From: Mobula hypostoma
Taxonomy: Eukaryota
Direction: 5' to 3'
Assembly (NCBI RefSeq): GCF_963921235.1
Contig: NC_086097.1
Span: 27,840,001 to 27,904,000 of the forward strand
Length of the DNA: 64,000 nt
A program made the translations under genes and the position numbers. Positions 55,948 to 64,000 of this stretch are shown piece by piece; positions within the stretch are counted from its first letter, which is position 1; every line of letters begins with the position of its first letter. The notes beneath the pieces are model-generated. The model was given only the letters and a program-made list of their open reading frames with translations. It was not told the origin of the DNA and ran no database searches.

Positions 55948-58848
55948 TTAATAATCCCTTAGACCAGGCTCCAACTCAGCAAACTTCATAGTGGCCAAAA
56001 ACACTGATGAATTGCGACCAATGTAACCTCTCATTTGGTTTTGTCCCGGACCACAACAACAAGGGTCGTCCCATTCCGACTCAATTTTCCCTCGCAAGGG
56101 CTTAGTAGGAGGGGGACGGGTATTGACCGCAGAGTTATTGCAAAACTTCCTGCAGTACCCCACCATCTCCAAAAGCCTTCTGAGGGCCCTCTTGTCTGTC
56201 GGGGTTGGGAGGTCAGCGATAGCCTGCACTGTAGCTTGCATCACTGCCAGCTGCCCCTGTGTCACCACAATTCCCAGGTAAGTGACATTCGTGTGGCCGA
56301 ATTCATTTTTTCCAAGGCTCACTATCACGCTGGCTTCAGACAGCCGTATTAAATTGCCAATACACACCTCTGTGTTCATCAGCCCTTTAGTCACTGAATT
56401 ACTCGAAAAATATGGGTGTTGTTTGCTTGGCTGCCCTATTGTAACAGACATAACCCAACGTCCCAGTTCTTTGCATTTCCTCGGGACAATCAAACACATG
56501 GGTGCGAGTCGTTTAATTACTCCTTCGGGGATTAAGGGAGAGACCTTATCAGTAGACCTGGCCAAAACAATAGCCTTCTCCCATCTGACCGATCCCATCC
56601 TAATCTTTTCAAAATGGTTTTTTCCTCTTATCAAGGGGCCCCTAGCTTCATGGATTTCCACGCTAACACCGACTAGGTTTGTTAGCATATCAAAAGCCGG
56701 TGACCGTCTCAGTTCGCGTCGGTCATGATCAATAACATTTTTCCCCCTGGGCAGCCGGTAAATCTCTTTCATGATTCCACCAACTGTTTCCTCCAGCACC
56801 GCAAAATGTCCACCGGGGGGTACCTCGTGGGCCATGTTAAAAACCTCATCCCCGTAACTCTTTTGCACCACCCCCCACTCCTCATCTGCGGATGCTGTAC
56901 TTGATTTCCCTTTCTTCCTTAGCACTTCCTCATCCGCACAATAGCTTGTCAAGGCTGTGTCAGAGAGAGCGGTCTCGGCAAAAACCATCAGCCCCTCGTC
57001 TCGCTCCTGCGTCTGCACAAATTCTTTCCTGGCTACTGCTACGTCCGTCCCAGCTCCCTCACTACCTCTTATCTCACTACACCCTGTCTCATACAAGGTT
57101 GGCAGAAATGTTTCAGCCAAATTCACCATCGCGGGCGGGGCCTCCATGCTGGCAGGCTGACCTGTCAATCTCACGACTGGGAACACGATTCCTCCGGCGA
57201 TGTCATTACCGAGCAAGACTTCCACGTCTTTCATCGGTAATTCGGACCTCACCCCAATCGTGACTAGTCCAGAGACCAGGTTGCTCTGTAAATGTATCTG
57301 GTGCAAAGGGACTGACTCTGTCCCTTCCCCAACACCTTTGACCTCTACCTCCCCAATCTGGGTCTCTGAGCTAAACTCTAATACACTCTTCAGTATTAGT
57401 GACTGACACGCTCCCGTGTCTCTCCAGATCCGCACTGGAACTGGTTTTAACCTCTCCTTCACTGACACCAGTCCGGCCGAGATAAACCTCTCGCGCCCTT
57501 CCTGGACTTGTTCAGACCTGTCCTTCCCTAGCGGTTCGCTTAACAGCTCAATACAGCCATTCAAAATTTCCGCTTTTCCTTTCCCCGTCTCCTTCCTTGG
57601 GGCAAAGCACCTGGACGCAAAGTGTCCGACTTTCCCACAATTATAACAGACGACCCCAGGAGACTTCCTACCAGACTGCTCCCGGTCTACCTTATCCTTT
57701 TCACTAGTCCCCGGCTTACTTTCTGACTTTTCCGGTGGACTCCCCCCGCCGTCCTGACTACCCTTCTGGTAGCCTTTACTCGGGGCAAACTTCATTTTAT
57801 GCGTCAACGCATACTCATCCGCTAACTTAGCAGTTGCGGCTAACGTGGCTGCCTCTTTCTCATCGAGGTAGGGTCTCATACCCTCAGGGACACAACCTTT
57901 AAACTGCTCAATCAGAACCAGTTGCAGCAGTCTGTCGTAATCCCCCTCTACCCCTTTCGAGGCGCACCAACGCTCACAATATGTTTGCATCTCACAAGCA
58001 AACTCCAAATACGTGCGGTCCCACCGCTTCCTCGCATTCCGGAACCTCTGCCGGTATGCCTCCGGGACCAACTCATAAGTCCTGAGGATGGCCTCCTTCA
58101 CCACCTCATACTTCTGGGCATCTTCCGGGGATAAAGCGGAGTAAGCTTGTTGGGCTTTCCCTTTCAGTACACTCTGAAGTAAGACAACCCACTTATCCCT
58201 CGGCCATTCCTGACTTATAGCTACTTTTTCGAAGTGGAGAAAGTACCGATCCACATCGGTATCGTCAAATGGGGGAACCAGCCTAACCTCCTGGGTCGCC
58301 CGGAACCCTCCACCTTGGTTCGGCACGAGCCCCTGCTCGGCCCTTATCCTTAACTTTTCCAGCTCAAATTCCCTTTCCCTCTGTTTCTCCTCTCTCTCCA
58401 ACTGTCTGTCCCTCTCTCTCTCTTCTCTCTCCAACTGTCTGTCCCTCTCCTGCCTTTCTACCTCTCTCTCTTTCTCCTGCCTTTCTAACTCTCTCTCTTT
58501 CTCCTGCCTTTCTAACTCTCTCTCTTTCTCCTGCCTTTCTAACTCTCTCTCTTTCTCCTGCCTTTCTAACTGCCGTACCCGGAACTCGTGCTCGAGTCTC
58601 AGTTTTTCAAGCTGTACCTGTACCGCGTCTCCAGCAGGTTTTCCAATAGACACCTCCCCCAGCTCACCTTGGGGAAACACACCTTTAGATACATAGTGCT
58701 CTACAATAGCTCTGTGTATCTCCTCTCTCCTCATTGTCGACTTCACCTTAGAAAGATTCAACCGTTTGGCCACAGCTAACAATTCCGATTTCCTGGCATC
58801 CTCTAATGCCTCCAAGGTCGGCGCCTTTATAAATTCCTCAACCTCCAT
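55948..58848 (-). CDS. Gag (SCAN-like capsid, CCHC knuckle) - protease - vestigial IN/RT/RH polyprotein, 966 aa
   Basis: YFLHFEKVA..PEAYRQRFR; CYNCGKVGHFASRC; WRDTGACQSL; AHEVPPGGH (IN zinc-finger remnant); VTYLG..LRRLLEMVGYCRKF (RT thumb remnant). Confidence 0.9.
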   Translation of the reverse strand: MEVEEFIKAPTLEALEDARKSELLAVAKRLNLSKVKSTMRREEIHRAIVEHYVSKGVFPQGELGEVSIGKPAGDAVQVQLEKLRLEHEFRVRQLERQEKERELERQEKERELERQEKERELERQEKEREVERQERDRQLEREERERDRQLEREEKQREREFELEKLRIRAEQGLVPNQGGGFRATQEVRLVPPFDDTDVDRYFLHFEKVAISQEWPRDKWVVLLQSVLKGKAQQAYSALSPEDAQKYEVVKEAILRTYELVPEAYRQRFRNARKRWDRTYLEFACEMQTYCERWCASKGVEGDYDRLLQLVLIEQFKGCVPEGMRPYLDEKEAATLAATAKLADEYALTHKMKFAPSKGYQKGSQDGGGSPPEKSESKPGTSEKDKVDREQSGRKSPGVVCYNCGKVGHFASRCFAPRKETGKGKAEILNGCIELLSEPLGKDRSEQVQEGRERFISAGLVSVKERLKPVPVRIWRDTGACQSLILKSVLEFSSETQIGEVEVKGVGEGTESVPLHQIHLQSNLVSGLVTIGVRSELPMKDVEVLLGNDIAGGIVFPVVRLTGQPASMEAPPAMVNLAETFLPTLYETGCSEIRGSEGAGTDVAVARKEFVQTQERDEGLMVFAETALSDTALTSYCADEEVLRKKGKSSTASADEEWGVVQKSYGDEVFNMAHEVPPGGHFAVLEETVGGIMKEIYRLPRGKNVIDHDRRELRRSPAFDMLTNLVGVSVEIHEARGPLIRGKNHFEKIRMGSVRWEKAIVLARSTDKVSPLIPEGVIKRLAPMCLIVPRKCKELGRWVMSVTIGQPSKQHPYFSSNSVTKGLMNTEVCIGNLIRLSEASVIVSLGKNEFGHTNVTYLGIVVTQGQLAVMQATVQAIADLPTPTDKRALRRLLEMVGYCRKFCNNSAVNTRPPPTKPLRGKIESEWDDPCCCGPGQNQMRGYIGRNSSVFLATMKFAELEPGLRDY
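58447..58571 (-). repeat. 27-bp coding tandem repeat (LERQEKERE) in Gag
   Basis: CTCCTGCCTTTCTAACTCTCTCTCTTT repeated about 4.5 times. Confidence 0.9.
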
Positions 58849-58924
58849 TTCTGCTGTTTGTCTTTTCTTTCTTTCGGGAATTTTAACCCAATCAATTTAC
58901 TCCGTCCCAAATTTAGCGTTCAAA

Positions 58925-58942
58925 ATCCCGGACGAGCCCCCA
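58925..58942 (-). promoter_or_regulatory. Primer-binding site, tRNA-Pro
   Basis: TGGGGGCTCGTCCGGGAT, 4 nt downstream of the 5' LTR; the classic PBS-Pro sequence. Confidence 0.92.
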
Positions 58943-60394
58943 CTTATGTTACGTACCCCGTAACTGGGTTGCCAAACCAGCAGAAATGGATCACTCAGTT
59001 GGAGTCTGGAGTACTAGAACTAAGAAAGTTTTATTAAAGAAACAAGCAACACAGTAATCGAAAGGATAATAAATGCAACAATTCAACAATGATAACCACA
59101 CATGTGCACAGAATTAAGATAACAGCATCAATCAAGCTCTATCGTTGTCTAGGGGTAAATGACCAATTTCAAAATGACTCAAAGTTCAGTTCGCAGTAAT
59201 CGTTGCCATGGCGATGGACAAGGTGGGGGAAGAGAGACAGAGAGAACAACTCATCATTCAGCACAGCTTCACTCACAGACCAGCGGGATGGCTCACAACC
59301 AGCTTTTGGGCAGGTCCTTGGTGATGTCACCTGAGGTCACCGACTGTGACCCCTCCTCCAGATGCGGTCGATCCTCTGCAGTGAACCCGGCACCCAGGCA
59401 AGGGCGGACACACACCGGGTTCCCGCTGATCGTACCTTTCCACCCTTGTCGTTGTCTGGGACTTCTCACCCACTCGTGAGAAGCGCACCGCTTCCAGGGT
59501 CTCGTTACCTCGGGTGGCGTGTGTGTCTGTCTTAGCGAACCTGTCCCTTTTTATCCCCCTGCTGGGGTATCGCCTGTCCATCACTTCAAACAGTTCAGGG
59601 TTCAAAGGGGGGAGCCGCTCCAGACAGCTCTTCCTCCCACATCCCTTCATTACACATCTCCAGACGCTGCTCCATTGTTCCTTATCTCTCCTTCCCCTGA
59701 GGGCAGGTGGCAGACCAACTGCTGATGCCACTGATGCTAGCCCAGGCCAGCAAACATCTTAATTTTATGTGTATTCTCGTAACAGGGGTAAGTTGTTTTT
59801 TTAAACGCAGAGAGTGGTAAGTGTGTGGAATGGGCTGCCGGCGACTGTGGTGGAGGCAAATACAATAAGGTCTTTTAAGAGGCCCCTGGATATGTACATG
59901 GAGCTTAGGAAAATAGAGGGCTATGGGTAACCCCAGGTTATTTCTAAAGTAAGTAAATGTTTGGCACAGCATTGTGGGCTGAAGGGCCTGTACGGTGCTG
60001 TGGGTTTTCTATGTTTCAGTATCTTTAGATGCTTTATCCCTCCAGGAATTTAGTTCCTCTCCTCAAACATATTCAATGACTTGGCCTCAACAATCTTCCA
60101 TGGCTGTGAATTCCACAAGTTCATACTCAAAATGAGGAAGTTCTCATTTCAGTCCCAGATCTCTTGGTTTATAATCTGATACTGTATTCAGAACAACCCT
60201 GCCAAGAATAAACATCCTCCCTGCATGAAGTCCAGCTATCCCTGCCAGCATTTTGTAAGCTCAATTACCTCCTCTTTCATGTTACTAAACCCCAATGAAA
60301 AGAAAATTCTTTTATCTAATCTCTTCACTTTTAGCTGGAATTCGGAGAGCTTTACTGTACTTCCTCTATGGCAAGGAAGTACCAAGGTGGATAA

Positions 60395-60622
60395 CAAACA
60401 TGAGCAATTCTGCAGATTCTGGGAATCCAAAGCAATACACACAAAATGCTGGACAAATCAGAAGGCCAAACAGTTTCTATGGAAAAGAAGTAACAATTGA
60501 TGTTCTGGGTTGAGACCTCTCATCATGGGTCCTGATGAAGCGTCTAAGCCCAAAATGTCCCTGTTTACTCTTTTCCATAGATGCTGCCCGGCCTTCTGAT
60601 TTGTCCAGCATTGTGTGCGTGT
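60395..60622. mobile_element. Short palindromic Penelope-like insertion within a CR1 remnant
   Basis: 15-bp TSD TACCAAGGTGGATAA at 60380-60394 and 60623-60637; decayed back-to-back hammerhead motifs around 60490-60562. Confidence 0.8.
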
Positions 60623-61079
60623 TACCAAGGTGGATAATTTCACATTATTCATGTTACACTGCATCTGCCAAATTTTTGATAACTTGTTCCTTCTTCCATC
60701 ATTACTGTCCTGATGTCTGGCTGGCTTTTAACGGCCATTACTATCTGGTTTGGTGCAAAATATATGAGAACTACAGTGAACTGTTAGGTCAGCAGAAAAG
60801 ATAACTGGCTGCAGTCTATCATTACTGTAGGACTTATATGTGTCCAGGACAAAAAAGGGGGGAAGGAAATTCATTGCTGACACTACCCTCCCTGTAAACT
60901 ACCTTTTCCTAAATCTCTCTTCTGGAATGTGCTATAGGGCTATTAAAACAGAATCTTCATGGCATATTTTAAATGTCTTGCCCCAGGCAGGTAATCTGAT
61001 CAACCGTTCCAGTTAGCCACCTGGCCCCCACCCTCTATTTATTACCTTAGTAACGGTACTACATGCAAATACTTCTTAT

Positions 61080-61840
61080 AGTGCAACACAGACAAAATGC
61101 TTGAAGAACTCAGCAAATCAAGCAGCATCTATGGAAATGAATAAAAAGTTAACATTTTGGGCCAAAACTCTTCAGAAGAAGGTGGGGGTGTGGGAAGAAG
61201 AGAGAAAGAGTACTAACTAGAAGGTGAGGCTAGATGGGTTGGGGAAGGGGAGATGCAGTAAGAAGCTGGGAAGTTATAGGTAGAAAAGATAAAGGACTGG
61301 AGAAGAAGGATTCTCATAGGAGAGGAAAGTGGACCTTAGGCGAAAGGGAAGGAGGACACCGGGGAGGTGAGGAGAAGAGAAGAGGGGGGCCGGAGTAGGG
61401 AATTGAAGAAAAGGGAAGGGAGAGGAGGGAAAATTACTGTAAGTTAGAGAAATCAATGTTCATGCCATCAGGTTGGAGACTATCCAGATAGAATATGAGG
61501 GGTTCTCCTCCAACCTGAGAGAGGCCTCATCATGGCAGTAGTGGAGGACATGGACTTGCATGTCGGAATGGGAATGAGGATTGAAATTGAAGTGGTTAGC
61601 CAATGGGAAATCCTGCCTTTTGCAGATGGAGCAAAGGTGCTTGACAAAGCTGTCCCCCATCTATTTTGTGTCTTTCTAATCTAGAGAAGACCGTATTGGG
61701 AGCACTGGATACAGTAGATGAGCCCAAATGGCTCACCAGTGAGTGTTGTCTCACCCGGAAGGACTGTTTGGGGCGCTGAATGGAGGTGAGGGAGAAGGTG
61801 AATAGGCAGGTGTAGCTCTTCTTCTGCTTACCAGGAGGGA
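61080..61840 (-). mobile_element. Penelope-like element 3' fragment
   Basis: GDSFVKHL..LANHFNFNPHSHSDM parallels ORF 16888-17145; a further plus-strand fragment lies at about 62780-63075. Confidence 0.8.
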
Positions 61841-63161
61841 GATTAATGGGAGATTTTTTTTTCTGGTGCATGTTGTGCCAACACACCACAACAACTTCTA
61901 ATTCATGTAAATGTATATGGCAAATAAAGTTGATCCCTAATCCCTATCGAGGTTATCTCAAAGTTTTCAGTTCTCATTATTTGTCACTGTCTCCAGTTTC
62001 ATGTCACCAACAAACTGCAAATTACTACATTTTTCCCTCATCTAAATCATTATACATCATGAATAGTCGAACCTGAAGTACTCATCTCTTAAGTGCCCCA
62101 TTAGTTACCCAATTTACCACTTGCCACCCCTATTTATTCATTTTATTTCCTGTCAATCGATTTTCAAACATGTCAATACATTAGCCTTGATACCTGTGCT
62201 TTAATTTCACATTTTAATTTTTTTTTACAGGACTCTTTCAAAGACTTTCTAAAATTCAAATACACCCCATTCTCTGGATTTCCCTTATCTATACATTTTT
62301 AAAAAACTCCAGTAGGTTTGTCAAACACCATTTCCTTCTAAGAAATCCATCCTGACTTTGTCTAATCCCACTGATATTTTACCAGACTTGTGATAGCTCC
62401 CTTGCCACAGTCTCTAATACTTTCCTTATCAGTCTTTAAGATTTCAGTATCTGTAGTGTCTTTTATCTTCTTAAGTTTCCTGCTTTCTCTTTCTCTCTCA
62501 TTTGTTCTTAAAAGAATAAAACATGTGCAGCTTGCTATCTGGGACTGTGTTGAAATCCTTCCACAAATCCATGTGGATGACCTCAAAGGCACCATTCTTC
62601 ATTGTTGTTCCATGGCATCATAAAATCTCAACTGTTAGTCAGATATGACTTTCCTTTAATAAATCTACAGACCTGTACCCAGGGGTTCTAAAGGATTTTG
62701 CAGACATTTGCTGAAAAAAATGTTTCCCAAAGGGAGTGGTGGTGGTGGGGGGTGGGGGGGAGGTGTTGTCTTGAATGACAGACTACAGAATTTCTTCTAA
62801 TCCTCATTCCTATTTCAACATGTTGGTCACGTCCTCCTTTACTGCACAATGAGGCCACACTCTCAGGTTGGAGGAGCAACACCTCATATTCCGTCTAGAT
62901 AGCCTCCAATCTGATGGCATAAACATCGATTTCTCTAACTTCTGGTCCCCTCCCCCTTCTCTCTTCTTCTATTCTGGCTCCCCTCTTAGCTCTTTCTTTT
63001 CTCCTCACGTGCCGATCACCTCCCCCTGGTGCTCCTCTTCCCTCCCTTTCTCCCCTGGTTGAATCTCCTTTCATCTCAGATCAGAATCAGAATTAGGTTT
63101 AATATCACTGGCATATGTTGTGAAATTTATTAACTTTATGACAGCAGTACAATGAAATACA

Positions 63162-63817
63162 TGAAACACCCTGGTTTCCTTGGCTGCGCAAGTCTACAGA
63201 AGACAACCTCCGGCCCCGCCAAACTCGTGAAATTGAGGGTACTTGATCCCACCCCAAACCCCGGTTTGTGTGGATGCTGTGTAATTCACTACGCTGTCAC
63301 AAATTAATACAACAAAATAACAGACAGCACACTGCATACAATTAAAGGAATATTTATGAATCTCAACTGAAGGGTTAGCAAAGAATAACAAAAAGAAAAG
63401 GGCCCATTCTAATTAAACAGTTAAAGGTGCACAAGTTGGATCTCATCTTTAAATTCTCTGTCACTCACATGCTGGGCCCCCAGTCAATGAGAAAGCACAC
63501 ACCACCTTCCAAATGTCGCTCACAATCCATCTCAAATAAACGGATCTGCAACTGGAACATATGCTACAACCGGTTCTCCCCAGCATCTTCTCTCTTCATC
63601 TCCTCTCGAACAAAAGCTCCAAACCCAACCCTAGTGTCCTTCACCAGAGAAACCTCCCCTTAATCTGATCATCCTAATTGGGTGGCACACATTCCTCCTC
63701 TCTCTCATCTTCAACTGTAACCCAAACAAGCATGAAAACAGAACAAACAGCTCTTACAGAGCTGCCAAAATGAAATACATACAGCATAACAGTAAAAATA
63801 TGAACCACTGCATTACA
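63162..63817. mobile_element. Probable solo LTR of a second family
   Basis: TGAAACA...ATTACA termini with TACA direct repeats at 63158-63161 and 63818-63821, interrupting a LINE tail. Confidence 0.6.
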
Positions 63818-64000
63818 TACACAAGCAAATATAGAAAAAGAAAAACTTATCTACAGTAAGTACATATGTCCACAAAATAATTACATTAAAATAAGTACTG
63901 CAAAACAGAAATAAAAATGCAGCAAAGTAGTGTTCATGGATTCAATGTCCATTTGGAAATTGAATGGCAGAGGGGAAGACACTGTTCCTGAATCACTGGG

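Larger units (their letters stand above)
54938..59784 (-). mobile_element. Gmr1-like (SCAN-Gag) Gypsy LTR retrotransposon, non-autonomous, recent
   Basis: 838-bp LTRs at 58947-59784 and 54938-55775 with TG..CA termini; GGGG TSD; PBS; PPT; one internal ORF. Confidence 0.95.
52049..60016 (+). mobile_element. Long degraded CR1 hosting a hAT MITE (52411-53144) and the LTR element (54938-59784)
   Basis: APE (VGDFNFPNIDW, LDLVLGNEPGQV) and RT (KFADDTK) remnants; the 3' part resumes at 59789 and ends in TTTCTATGTTTC. Confidence 0.85.

Noticed and set aside
55150..59762. Duplicated short ORFs (106, 134, 82 and 68 aa) near 55.1-55.7 kb and 59.1-59.7 kb
   Set aside because: They fall within the two LTRs, which explains the duplication, and show no recognisable domains.
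51014..64000. Next upstream MSK1 exon (TERAYSFCGTIEYMAP..HDK)
   Set aside because: I could not find it by eye; it probably lies beyond the window. ORF 62362-62595 does not match it.

Overview
Vertebrate genomic DNA, not prokaryotic. The repeat spectrum (CR1, Rex1/Babar, Penelope-like, V-SINE, RTE, L1, Tigger, Tc1, hAT, Gmr1-like Gypsy) suggests a cartilaginous fish, probably a ray; this is inference. The window lies inside the RPS6KA5 (MSK1) gene on the minus strand. Nine phase-compatible GT-AG coding exons run from 51013 down to 284, covering the end of the N-terminal AGC kinase domain, the linker and most of the C-terminal CAMK-type domain. The introns are dominated by nested transposable elements. 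Main points of interest: (1) Penelope-like insertions whose ends carry minimal type-I hammerhead ribozyme motifs, repeatedly inserted as TSD-flanked inverted repeats, including a 180-bp double-hammerhead palindrome; (2) a very young Gmr1-like LTR element with nearly identical LTRs and one uninterrupted 966-aa ORF, in which Gag and protease look intact but IN/RT/RH survive only as non-catalytic fragments; (3) a 1.6-kb fold-back Tc1 built from two 3' halves; (4) a nested hAT MITE that appears to have used a cryptic end; (5) an unexpected Leu-to-Lys codon in the alphaF helix of MSK1. Family assignments come from recalled motifs, not database searches, and boundaries of old repeats are approximate.
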